From an uncultured Clostridia bacterium (lineage in GTDB: Bacteria > Bacillota > Clostridia > Christensenellales > Aristaeellaceae): DNA of 64,000 bases. Both the position numbers and the translations under genes were made by a program. Shown in pieces: positions 38,328 to 47,294 of the stretch. The DNA lies in the NCBI GenBank assembly GCA_946407745.1, contig CAMJPQ010000002.1, forward strand, positions 21,787 through 85,786, read 5' to 3'. Numbering within the stretch: the first letter of the stretch is position 1; every line of letters begins with the position of its first letter. The notes below the pieces were generated by a model, which had not been told where the DNA came from, searched no databases, and was given only the letters and a program-made list of their open reading frames with translations.

Positions 38328-39275
38328 GTGACAATTCAGCAGCTGACCGACGTGATCGCCATTGCTGAAGCAGGCTCGTTCAGCCGCGCAGCCGAACGCC
38401 TTTACATCTCGCAGCCCTCGCTGACAAGCGCTATTAAAGAGCTGGAAAAAGAACTCGGACTGGTGCTTTTCAACCGCAGCGGACGGGGGGCGACGCTCAC
38501 TGCGGATGGTGCCAGTTTCCTGCCCTACGCACGCTCAGTGATGATGCAGGTACAGAACCTGACGGACACATTCGGCCGGCATGGCCGCAGGCGTCAGAGA
38601 TTCGCAGTATCAACCCAGCATTATTCCTTTGCCGTCAAAGCTTTTGTAGAACTGACACGTGCTTATGATGTGGCTGAGTATGAATTTGCGATCCGCGAGA
38701 CGCAGACTCATCAGGTCATGGCCGATGTGACCGCCTCACGCAGCGAAATCGGCCTTCTGTATCTGAGCGACTTTAACCGGCGCGTGCTGCTGAAACTGTT
38801 CAATGAGAGCGGCCTGACCTTTCACCACCTGATCAACTGCAGCGCATATGTGTATCTTTGGAAAGGTCATCCCCTGGCCCGGCACTCCTCAATCACATTT
38901 CAGGACCTCGCCCCTTACCCTTGTCTCTCTTTTGAGCAGGGAGACAGCAGCAGTTTTTATTTTGCGGAGGAGATTCTTTCCACAAATGAGTATCCGCGCA
39001 TGATCCGCTGCTGTGACCGGGCCACCATGCTGAACCTGATGGTTGGTGTACAGGGCTACACGCTGTGCTCCGGCATCATCTGTGAAGAACTGAACGGAAG
39101 CGATTACATTGCCGTGCCATACCAGGAAGATGACATCAATCCCAACAGCGTGATGGAGATCGGCTATATCACCCGAAAAGGCAATGCTTTAAGCAGCCTT
39201 GGCGAGCAGTATATACAGGAATTAAGAAAATACCTGCACACGGAGGAAACACCTGATGCCAATACGGATCAATGA
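38328..39275 (+). CDS. LysR-family transcriptional regulator
   Basis: 315 aa. N-terminal HTH (IQQLTDVIAIAEAGSFSRAAERLYISQPSLTSAIKELEKELG) plus a substrate-binding domain. GTG start after GAGGAGG. Confidence 0.8.
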   Translation: MTIQQLTDVIAIAEAGSFSRAAERLYISQPSLTSAIKELEKELGLVLFNRSGRGATLTADGASFLPYARSVMMQVQNLTDTFGRHGRRRQRFAVSTQHYSFAVKAFVELTRAYDVAEYEFAIRETQTHQVMADVTASRSEIGLLYLSDFNRRVLLKLFNESGLTFHHLINCSAYVYLWKGHPLARHSSITFQDLAPYPCLSFEQGDSSSFYFAEEILSTNEYPRMIRCCDRATMLNLMVGVQGYTLCSGIICEELNGSDYIAVPYQEDDINPNSVMEIGYITRKGNALSSLGEQYIQELRKYLHTEETPDANTDQ

Positions 39276-40185
39276 GCAGATGCCTGTTGTAAAAAAGCTG
39301 GAGGCGGAGCAGATTTTCGTGATGAATGAGCGACGCGCCGCTACCCAGGATATACGTGAACTCGAAATAGCCATTGTCAATCTGATGCCCAACAAGGAAG
39401 ACACCGAGCTCCAGCTGCTGAGGCTCTTGTCAAACACACCGCTACAGGTCCGTCCGACATTTCTGCGGCTGGACTCTCACGTATACAAGCATGTTTCGGA
39501 AGACTATCTGCAGAAGTACTATCACTCCTTTTCCTCTGTTCGCGAGCGGAACTTTGACGGAATGATTATCACCGGCGCGCCAGTTGAAACCATTCCGTTC
39601 GAAGAAGTGGACTACTGGAGGGAACTGACTGAGCTGTTCCGCTGGTCTGATACGCATGTTACCGCCGTGATGTATTTGTGCTGGAGTGCCCAGGCGGGGC
39701 TGAATTATTACTACGGCATCGAAAAGCACCGCTTGCCTGCCAAGCTGAGCGGTATTTATTCCCACAGGACCGTATACCGCGAAGAGCCGCTGACCAGAGG
39801 GTTCAACGACGTTTTCCATGCGCCGCATTCGCGCTATACGGGCATTCTCCGTGAAGAAGTGCAGCGCCATCCGGAGCTGACAATACTGGCAGAATCAGAT
39901 GTGGCCGGTGTTTACCTGCTGCATGATTCGAAGACCCACCGGCTGTTTGTTACCGGTCATCCTGAATACAGCCGTTCCACGCTGGCCAATGAGTACACAC
40001 GGGACATGGCCAGGGGGATCAGTCCCACTGTGCCCACGCGGTATTTTCCGAACGACAACCCGGCTGGCATTCCTCTTTTCCAGTGGAAGGCGCATGCCAA
40101 TCTGCTGTTCAGCAACTGGCTGAACTATGAGGTGTATCAGATCACGCCTTACCTGCTGAACGACATTTCTCAGCCGGAGAATTAA
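39256..40185 (+). CDS. metA: Homoserine O-acyltransferase (MetA family)
   Basis: 309 aa. Starts MPIRI...MPVVKKLEAEQIFVM....A..QDIRELEIAIVNLMP. Has the catalytic-region CWSAQAG. Overlaps the LysR gene by 20 nt. Confidence 0.9.
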   Translation: MPIRINEQMPVVKKLEAEQIFVMNERRAATQDIRELEIAIVNLMPNKEDTELQLLRLLSNTPLQVRPTFLRLDSHVYKHVSEDYLQKYYHSFSSVRERNFDGMIITGAPVETIPFEEVDYWRELTELFRWSDTHVTAVMYLCWSAQAGLNYYYGIEKHRLPAKLSGIYSHRTVYREEPLTRGFNDVFHAPHSRYTGILREEVQRHPELTILAESDVAGVYLLHDSKTHRLFVTGHPEYSRSTLANEYTRDMARGISPTVPTRYFPNDNPAGIPLFQWKAHANLLFSNWLNYEVYQITPYLLNDISQPEN

Positions 40186-40264
40186 GGCAATAGAGTGGAA
40201 GCCACTCAGGGTGTCATTTGTACTGTGCAAGATGGGAGGCCATTTGAACACCGTCCGAGCTTGC

Positions 40265-40293
40265 TTGACAGTGCTGAATAGTACTGTTAGAAT
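40265..40293 (+). promoter_or_regulatory. Promoter of the small-protein/ABC/lipoprotein operon
   Basis: TTGACA (40265-40270), 17-nt spacer, TAGAAT (40288-40293). Confidence 0.5.
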
Positions 40294-40325
40294 TGCTTTG
40301 GCGAAAGCGAAAGGAGGCGGTCACC

Positions 40326-40604
40326 ATGCGCATTCGCTTTGTAAAGGCAGCGGCTGCACTGATGGCCGCGCTTCTTTTGCTGTGTATGACACTGGGTGTT
40401 GCTCATGGCCTGCTTTGCGCTCGTCATACCAGCTGCCATGTTTGCGCGGTTATACAGCAGCAGCGTATTAGCATGAAGCTGCTGTACTTGGCTATGCTGT
40501 TTGTCTGTATTACTGCCTTCCATTCCGCAGTGTATACTGTTTTGGCCAGTTCCGGCAGCGCAGCCGCTTCTCCGGTTGAACTGTATTGCAGACTGAATAA
40601 TTGA
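40326..40604 (+). CDS. Small two-TM protein with a Cys/His cluster (hypothetical)
   Basis: 92 aa. ATG follows GAAAGGAGG. TM1 AAALMAALLLLCMTLGV, then HGLLCARHTSCHVC, then TM2 LLYLAMLFVCITAF. First gene of the operon. Confidence 0.45.
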   Translation: MRIRFVKAAAALMAALLLLCMTLGVAHGLLCARHTSCHVCAVIQQQRISMKLLYLAMLFVCITAFHSAVYTVLASSGSAAASPVELYCRLNN

Positions 40605-40654
40605 CCCGTTGCCAGCTGCTTTTTGCATACTTTTTCAGGCAACGGGAGGAACTC

Positions 40655-41323
40655 ATGATACAACTGCATCAGGTTTCAAAGCATTTTCATAACGAAACTG
40701 CCATTCGCTACAGCGATATGGTTTTTGAGGACGGCCATTCTTACCTGCTGCTCGGCGCGTCTGGCTGCGGCAAATCCACGCTGCTGAACCTGATTGCAGG
40801 TATTATCAGCCCGGATACCGGAGAGATAATTATCAACGGGCGCGTGATGACCAATGAAAGCCAGCAGGTGCGTGACGCGTTCCGCATCAGGTCGATCGGC
40901 TATATTTTTCAGGACTTTAAGCTCATAGAAGACATGACGGTTCAGGATAACATTGACATTCTCCGTCTGGAAGGGGTGGACGTTTCCCACGCCGCCGGTT
41001 TGTTTGCCGCCTTGGGTATGCAGGAGAAGCGTAACAAAAAGGTGCGACAGCTCTCGGGCGGTGAAAAGCAGCGGGTGGCCATTGTCCGCGCGCTGGTGAA
41101 GCAGCCGGACATCATTCTGGCAGACGAGCCGACCGGAAACCTCAATTTTTCCATCGGTGAGCAGGTGATGCGCGAATTGGCTGAAACAGCCCGTGGCAAA
41201 ACGCTGATAACCGTAACACACGATGAGCGCCTTGCTTCATACTTTGACCATGTGGTCGACATGAATGAAATGACCTCCGGCGGTCTGTTCGACGCGCCAT
41301 CAGACAGCAGGGAGGTGATGTAA
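40655..41323 (+). CDS. ABC transporter ATP-binding protein (MacB/LolD-like)
   Basis: Walker A GASGCGKST, signature LSGGEKQRVAIVRAL, Walker B ILADEPTGNL. The start is set at ATG (MIQLHQV) after GGGAGG. Confidence 0.85.
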   Translation: MIQLHQVSKHFHNETAIRYSDMVFEDGHSYLLLGASGCGKSTLLNLIAGIISPDTGEIIINGRVMTNESQQVRDAFRIRSIGYIFQDFKLIEDMTVQDNIDILRLEGVDVSHAAGLFAALGMQEKRNKKVRQLSGGEKQRVAIVRALVKQPDIILADEPTGNLNFSIGEQVMRELAETARGKTLITVTHDERLASYFDHVVDMNEMTSGGLFDAPSDSREVM

Positions 41324-42532
41324 GTGTTTCATTTCGCCATGAAAAACCTTGCCATCAAAAAAGCGCAGACCCTTTTGGTCATTCTCTCTATTGTGCTGTC
41401 TGCCGGTGTCGCAGTGCTCGCCTACAATGTCAGCGGGCAGGTCAATGATGGCATCACGGGCACCGCGGCCTACTACTCTGCCATCATCGGACCAAGCGGC
41501 AGCAAGACCCAGCTGGCCATGAATACGATGTACTTTTCGGACGAGCCGCTCGGCACTATCCCCTACGAAGTGATCAGCGAGCTGCAGCAGGACATGCGGG
41601 TTGCCTCCGTTGTTCCATTTGCCATGGCAGACAGCTACAATGGCTACAGTGTTGTCGGCACCTCTACCGATTTTCTGTCTGGCAAAAATGTTTCGCAGGG
41701 GGAGATGTTCTCAGCTGCTGGCAGCTTCGAAGCTGTGCTTGGTGCTAATGTGGCCAGGGTGAGCGGTGTGAGGGTGGGCGACCAGATCTATACAAGCCAT
41801 TCCGTGGGTGAAACGCATAAAACACCCTATACCGTAACTGGCATTCTTCAGGAAACACATACCGTATATGACAATGTGGTCTTCACACAGCTGCAGACCA
41901 TCTGGGCGGCACACGAGGAAGAAGAGGAAGAACATGAGGAAGGCCATGAGGAAGAGCATGAGCATGAAGAAATGAACGGCATGGTCTGCGCCGTATTGGT
42001 CAGGACACTGAATCCAACTTATGCGATGACCCTTGTCAACGACTATGACGGCCGCATTTTTATGAGCAGGGATGGCGGGAGCCATACCCTCCAGGCGATA
42101 GAACCGATGGATACTGTGCGCGGCATTCTGCAGGATGCAGACACCACCAGATACATTGTGTTCATACTGTGCGCCATTATTCTGGTCATGAATGTAATGA
42201 TGATTATCATCATCACCCTCTTGAACCTGTACCACTCCGCCGGGGAGATCCGCCTGATGCGCCTGATTGGCATCAGCATGCGCAAAATCAACCTTCTGTA
42301 CCTGATCCAGAACCTGGTGGTCGGCTTCGCGGCAGTGCTGCTGGCCTTCCTCCTCTCCCGGGTCTGCCTGCTGCTGATGCGCGATTATGTGGCGCAGATG
42401 GGCGTGGTGCTCAATGCCTCAAAGGTATATCCGCTGGAGGCAGTGTTGCTTGCCGCCGTATTTATCATCAACCTGCTGCCTACCATGATCTGCACATGGC
42501 GCATGGCCGGACAGGAAGGAATTAACAACTGA
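41324..42532 (+). CDS. FtsX/MacB-type ABC permease with a His/Glu-rich insert in the extracytoplasmic domain
   Basis: 402 aa. TM1, then an approximately 230-aa loop domain, then three C-terminal TMs (FtsX topology). HEEEEEEHEEGHEEEHEHEE is encoded at 41912-41971. Confidence 0.8.
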   Translation: MFHFAMKNLAIKKAQTLLVILSIVLSAGVAVLAYNVSGQVNDGITGTAAYYSAIIGPSGSKTQLAMNTMYFSDEPLGTIPYEVISELQQDMRVASVVPFAMADSYNGYSVVGTSTDFLSGKNVSQGEMFSAAGSFEAVLGANVARVSGVRVGDQIYTSHSVGETHKTPYTVTGILQETHTVYDNVVFTQLQTIWAAHEEEEEEHEEGHEEEHEHEEMNGMVCAVLVRTLNPTYAMTLVNDYDGRIFMSRDGGSHTLQAIEPMDTVRGILQDADTTRYIVFILCAIILVMNVMMIIIITLLNLYHSAGEIRLMRLIGISMRKINLLYLIQNLVVGFAAVLLAFLLSRVCLLLMRDYVAQMGVVLNASKVYPLEAVLLAAVFIINLLPTMICTWRMAGQEGINN

Positions 42533-42551
42533 AGGAGGCGACCGGTCAAAA

Positions 42552-43505
42552 ATGAAAACGATCAGGATCATCTGCCTTGCCGCGGTCTTCATGCTGCTGG
42601 CTTTGTCACTCGGCGGATGCAGCGGCGGCCAGTCGGGAACGGAAGCAGCAAAAATCAGCTTCAAATCAGCTGCAAGTTACAGCTACCTCAAGGGACTGGA
42701 TCAAAAGCAGGTCACCATCAACGGCTACCTTGCCACCTCCTCCCCTGCCGACGGCTCCTTCATCTTCCTGATGAATATGCCCTATCAGAGCTGCCCGTTT
42801 TGCAAGCCGAACACATCACAGCTGAGCAACACCATGGAGGTTTATCCAAAGTCCGGCCAGAAGTTCGGCTTCACCACGCAGGCGGTCTGCGTGACCGGCA
42901 AGCTTGAAGTTTCACCGAGTGAGTCGGAGAGCTTTACCGACCCATTTGGGTATGAGTTTAACTTCCGCATTGTGGACGCGGATTATGTCATCCTCAAGGA
43001 CAGTGACCTGACTGCCGAAATGGCTGCCTGGCAGAAGATTGCTGACAGCGGCATCATCAATGACGTGTATGCCATGTTTGAGTATGTCAATTTCGTATGC
43101 ACCTGGCCGCAATACTATGTGAACAGTACCACTCTGCCGGACGGTACAGTGGAGAAGGGCTACTTCCTGTATGCTGCCGATGCCCTGAACTACTTGCAGA
43201 AAGAAGGCGCACAGTGGAGCTTCGGCTATCAGCGGGATTATTCTGACAAGCTTGTCACAAGCATTCAAAAAGTGGATGCGAACGCTTTCAGCAGCCTGAT
43301 TGAGATCATCCGGGAAGCGGAAGCACTGGCGCGCCGCGCGGAGAGCGACCTTGAAAACGGTGAGTATACCTTTGAACAAAAGTATGTAGACAAATTTGAA
43401 CAGGAAGACTACATATACACACTGAATAACGCCGAGCAGCTTGAGAAGGAAAACGACGAGGTTTTCCTGCGGTTCTCCGACTGGCTTGGCACCTGGGAGG
43501 TGTAA
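42552..43505 (+). CDS. Lipoprotein with a CPFC motif (N-terminal part DUF3299-like by recollection)
   Basis: Lipobox LALSLGGC-SGG. The pattern KQVTINGYL...DGSFIFLMNMPYQSCPFCKPN...VCVTGKLEV, then a helical C-terminal half. Confidence 0.65.
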   Translation: MKTIRIICLAAVFMLLALSLGGCSGGQSGTEAAKISFKSAASYSYLKGLDQKQVTINGYLATSSPADGSFIFLMNMPYQSCPFCKPNTSQLSNTMEVYPKSGQKFGFTTQAVCVTGKLEVSPSESESFTDPFGYEFNFRIVDADYVILKDSDLTAEMAAWQKIADSGIINDVYAMFEYVNFVCTWPQYYVNSTTLPDGTVEKGYFLYAADALNYLQKEGAQWSFGYQRDYSDKLVTSIQKVDANAFSSLIEIIREAEALARRAESDLENGEYTFEQKYVDKFEQEDYIYTLNNAEQLEKENDEVFLRFSDWLGTWEV

Positions 43506-43531
43506 AAAACCGGCCGCCCAACGCGACCGGT
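43504..43531 (-). terminator. Terminator hairpin with its T-run on the minus strand
   Basis: AAAAAACCGG...CCGGT. On the minus strand this reads ACCGG-loop-CCGGTTTTTT. Confidence 0.45.
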
Positions 43532-43540
43532 GAATACAGA

Positions 43541-43571
43541 GCGAAGGCTGAATGCTTTCGCCCTTGTTTTT
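43541..43571 (+). terminator. Terminator of the ABC/lipoprotein operon
   Basis: GCGAAGGC pairs with GCTTTCGC (one G:U pair) around a TGAAT loop, followed by CCTTGTTTTT. Confidence 0.5.
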
Positions 43572-43585
43572 ATGAAAGAAGATTA

Positions 43586-44764
43586 TTACTTGCTGCCGCC
43601 GTAGGTGCCCGTGGTGTCGGCATACACTGTCTTGCCAGTTGGTTTCCTGTGAGAAGCAGCAATCCTTTTATTCAGCTCAGCGAGAAAGCGATCCTCATCG
43701 ACTGGCAGCTGTACTTTTTCCCCTGTGAACGCAGAAAGATGCATGGCATTGGAAAGCTCCAGCCCTCGGATGCCCTCCTCACCGGAGGCGATCAGCGGCT
43801 CACCGCGGAGGATTGCGCCGCCCCAGGCGTTGATAACGCCTACATGCTGCGGATTCTGCCCGTCGGTTTCAACCTCCACTGCCTTTCCGGGCACACTGCC
43901 AAAGGGTGCGGTGTTTGTCTTTGCCCAATCCTGCTCCAGCTGGTCCAACTCATAGAGAAACAGCTTGTTCCCCTCCACCACCAGCTGCGCGCCGTCCATC
44001 TGAACCTCAAAGCGATTTGAGCCGTGCGGGTCACCGGTTGAAGTGATAAAAACACCTGTCGAGCCATCTGCAAATTCCATGTAGGCAGTCACATCGTCTT
44101 CCACTTCAATGTCATGCCACTGGCCAAAGCGCATAAAGGCCTGCACGCTTTTTGGCATGCCAAGTATCCACTGGAACAGGTCCAGCTGGTGCGGACACTG
44201 GTTCAGCAGTACGCCGCCGCCCTCTCCGCTCCATGTCGCACGCCAGTTGCCGCTGTCATAGTAATACTGGCTGCGGTACCAGTTGGTGATGAGCCAGTTT
44301 GCGCGGCGTACCCGGCCGTATTTGCCGCTGTGCACCATTTCGCGCAGCTTGCGGTACACGCAGTTGGTGCGCTGGTTGAACATCATGCCAAAGACAACGT
44401 CCGGATGCCGCCTGGCACATTCGTTCATCTCACGTACCTGCGCTGTGTAAACCCCGGCAGGTTTTTCGACCATTACATGGATGCCTCTTTCCATGCAGGC
44501 CATCGCATACTTCGGGTGGTCGTAGTGAGGTACGCAGATCATGCAGGCCTCGATCAGCCCGCTGTCCAGCATGGCCTCAGCATCATCAAAATAGGTGATA
44601 TCCGGACTGACACAGCTTTTATACCAGTCCAGGCGCTCAGGGTTGGTATCTGCCAGGGCGACCAGCTCAAAATCTGGGCACTTGCCGCTGAGAATACTCT
44701 TCGCATGCCCTGTGCCCATGTTGCCGCCACCAATGATCCCCAGGTGAATCTTTCTTGCTTCCAT
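43586..44764 (-). CDS. Gfo/Idh/MocA-family NAD(P)-dependent oxidoreductase
   Basis: Rossmann N-terminus IHLGIIGGGNMG. The start is set at ATG (MEARKIH) after AGGAGG. Confidence 0.8.
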   Translation of the reverse strand: MEARKIHLGIIGGGNMGTGHAKSILSGKCPDFELVALADTNPERLDWYKSCVSPDITYFDDAEAMLDSGLIEACMICVPHYDHPKYAMACMERGIHVMVEKPAGVYTAQVREMNECARRHPDVVFGMMFNQRTNCVYRKLREMVHSGKYGRVRRANWLITNWYRSQYYYDSGNWRATWSGEGGGVLLNQCPHQLDLFQWILGMPKSVQAFMRFGQWHDIEVEDDVTAYMEFADGSTGVFITSTGDPHGSNRFEVQMDGAQLVVEGNKLFLYELDQLEQDWAKTNTAPFGSVPGKAVEVETDGQNPQHVGVINAWGGAILRGEPLIASGEEGIRGLELSNAMHLSAFTGEKVQLPVDEDRFLAELNKRIAASHRKPTGKTVYADTTGTYGGSK

Positions 44765-44780
44765 AAGCTGCCTCCTGCAA

Positions 44781-45530
44781 TCAGTCAAAGCCACAGGCCT
44801 TCAGGTAGAGATAGCTGCGCCGCAGGCACTCAAACGGGTCCTCGCCGTTGCAGTCATCCTGTTCCACCAGCATGAAGCGTGTGCCGGCCGCTTCCGCCTT
44901 TTCAAAAACCCGGTCGAAGTTGATATTGCCCTCTCCCAGCACCGCCATTTTGCGTCCATAGGCGAAATCCTTCAGGTGTATGCAGGGCACGCGGCCACTC
45001 AGCCGCTCGAGCCACTGCGCTGGGTCGCCTCCGCCGGCCTGCACCCAGAAGGTGTCAACTGTGAAGCCCATATCCTCAGCTGGCACCTGCTCAGCGAGGT
45101 ACTGAAGAATCGGTTTTCCGTCCATCTTGCGGAATTCCTGATCGTGATTGTGGTACATGAAGTATTTGCTGCCCTCACGCAGTTTTTTAGCCGCGATGGG
45201 AAAGCTGTCCATGAACTGCTCCAGGCTCATGCCCCTTTCTGCATCGAAAGCCCAGTAGCCAAGGCCGATATACTGGCAGCCGAATACATCGTGCTCACGG
45301 ATCACCTGGTCCGTTTCATTCAACAGTCGCTCTTTGGGCGTATGTGTCAGGACACACTTAAGTCCGTTCTTTTTCAGCTGCTGGCTCAGCCATTCCGCCT
45401 CGAAGGGACAGGTGCCGGAGACCTGCACATATTTGTAACCGATTTCTGCCACCCGCCTCAGGGCATTGGAAAAGCCATCCAGTGTTTTGCAGTACTCCCT
45501 GACAGTGTACAGCTGTGCGCCGATTTGCAT
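44781..45530 (-). CDS. Sugar phosphate isomerase/epimerase (xylose-isomerase-like TIM barrel)
   Basis: About 249 aa. MQIGAQLYTVREY... N-terminus and later ...IHLKD..., typical of this family. Confidence 0.7.
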   Translation of the reverse strand: MQIGAQLYTVREYCKTLDGFSNALRRVAEIGYKYVQVSGTCPFEAEWLSQQLKKNGLKCVLTHTPKERLLNETDQVIREHDVFGCQYIGLGYWAFDAERGMSLEQFMDSFPIAAKKLREGSKYFMYHNHDQEFRKMDGKPILQYLAEQVPAEDMGFTVDTFWVQAGGGDPAQWLERLSGRVPCIHLKDFAYGRKMAVLGEGNINFDRVFEKAEAAGTRFMLVEQDDCNGEDPFECLRRSYLYLKACGFD

Positions 45531-45556
45531 GGTATATGCGCCTCCCATTGCCCGAT

Positions 45557-47227
45557 TTAATCAGCAGATCTCTGCTCCACTTTTCCGTCAGTCAGATTAA
45601 TCAGATAATCTCTTTGATTATCAAGAAACTCCTCCTTGGCCGCAACAGGGTCATGATATACCTTCACTCTTCTTGTGTCGAGGTAATATCTGGACATGAT
45701 GTTGATATAATAGTCTTTTTTCTCTCCGCTGTGGCGGACAACAAAGAACGCATCCTTAGAGAACTGCTGCTCTTTACTGATACAAAACATCTGATTTACT
45801 TCTGGTTCGGTATTTCTCCGGTCGCGGGCAGTCATTGTCCACTGAAGATTCGCCGAGAGCAACACACCGCAGCATATCAGCGACAGGCAAGGAATAAAAT
45901 GCGCTTTATTCAGAAGCAATTTTTCATAATTCAGTTCCGCGAAGGCCGTCCAGGCCATGATCATGACCATGATGGCCACTAAGGTGCCGTTGTAGCGTAG
46001 ATAGTCGCTACCCTGCTGTGAAACCACCTCTGAATACGGCATGCTGAACAGATACATGGCAAGCACGCCGATCTCATAGGCCACGGTGAGTACACACGAA
46101 AGCAGCAACAAAGTTCTGCAACGGTCTTTCTTTCCGCCCAGAAAGTAAAACACGGTCATCATTAGCAACAGCGGGATGGCGTGATTCTTCAGCGGCGACA
46201 GGATGCACGGAAGAGTGATAGATAGTATTTCAGAAATATATAGCCTGTTTTCCGCAAATACTTTGGCATAGTTGGCCACGGACAGATCGTGTTTGCTCAC
46301 ATCCTCAAAGGAGTCAATGACATGCAGTCTCCACAGCAGAAAAATGAGCAGCGGCACGGCAATGGTGAAGGCAGCTCTGAGACGGTCCTGGCCATGTCTG
46401 GTCTCATGGAGAATCAAAAGAGCCGCAAACAGAACGCTGAGGAAAAAGCCGCTGTTTTTAATCAGCACTACACAGCTCAGTAAAACCGTAATCTCACCGT
46501 ACGCAGGGTGATCACTGTTCAAGAGGTATAACAGGACTGCGGCGGAGAAAGACAGTGCCAGAAGGTTGTCTACATACAGTGTCTCAAGAGAATTGTTGTA
46601 TTGGATTAATAAAAGGAAGAGCACTGCGCACATGCCTTGTAGTAGCGCTGACTGTTTTTTGTCTTTACGGAGTGGCACAGCAGAAAACAACGGAGCAGCA
46701 CAGGCACATACCATCAGAAACTGAGCAAATAGAAATTGATCATTTCCTGCACCAAGAATAGAAGCACAATACGTCACAAAACACGCACTTCCCAATGGAT
46801 ATGAAGTGAACTGAAGGCGATCCTCCACAACAGGAAATCGGCCTTCCCTGACCATTAGTTGGATAACCTTCCCCCAATGTGTGAAATCGTCATAAGCGTA
46901 CAGGATTCTGCCCTGAAAGAAGCAACTGGAAAGCATGCCTGCGACAAGACAGCCTGTAAAACCTATTATTGGCCACAGGCGCGACATTTTCCTGTTTTTG
47001 AAATAATGCCATCCAGCCATCACGTAGCCTGCAAAACCCGCCATATATAGCAGTATATTGCTCACCTGCATTTGCCCGATCATACCGCCAGCCCATGTTG
47101 CCAGCATGATTGCAGAGATGCCGAGCGCCGGAACAAAAAACTGATTGAGCTTTGGCCGCAGCTGCCGTGTCAGCAGGAGAATGCCCCCCAGATTTAATAG
47201 CAGAAGTAAACAATAAAGCCAGTGCAT
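45557..47227 (-). CDS. Polytopic membrane protein, possibly a GT-C-type glycosyltransferase; low GC
   Basis: 556 aa with about 12 or more hydrophobic segments. YDDFTHWG loop motif after the early TMs, and a soluble C-terminal approximately 100 aa. Noticeably AT-richer than the flanking genes. Confidence 0.55.
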   Translation of the reverse strand: MHWLYCLLLLLNLGGILLLTRQLRPKLNQFFVPALGISAIMLATWAGGMIGQMQVSNILLYMAGFAGYVMAGWHYFKNRKMSRLWPIIGFTGCLVAGMLSSCFFQGRILYAYDDFTHWGKVIQLMVREGRFPVVEDRLQFTSYPLGSACFVTYCASILGAGNDQFLFAQFLMVCACAAPLFSAVPLRKDKKQSALLQGMCAVLFLLLIQYNNSLETLYVDNLLALSFSAAVLLYLLNSDHPAYGEITVLLSCVVLIKNSGFFLSVLFAALLILHETRHGQDRLRAAFTIAVPLLIFLLWRLHVIDSFEDVSKHDLSVANYAKVFAENRLYISEILSITLPCILSPLKNHAIPLLLMMTVFYFLGGKKDRCRTLLLLSCVLTVAYEIGVLAMYLFSMPYSEVVSQQGSDYLRYNGTLVAIMVMIMAWTAFAELNYEKLLLNKAHFIPCLSLICCGVLLSANLQWTMTARDRRNTEPEVNQMFCISKEQQFSKDAFFVVRHSGEKKDYYINIMSRYYLDTRRVKVYHDPVAAKEEFLDNQRDYLINLTDGKVEQRSAD

Positions 47228-47294
47228 GTAACATCCCTCGCTTTGGATCTCTTATGGTGCTGCCAAAGATCTTTATTATCGCGCTCTGCCTGTC

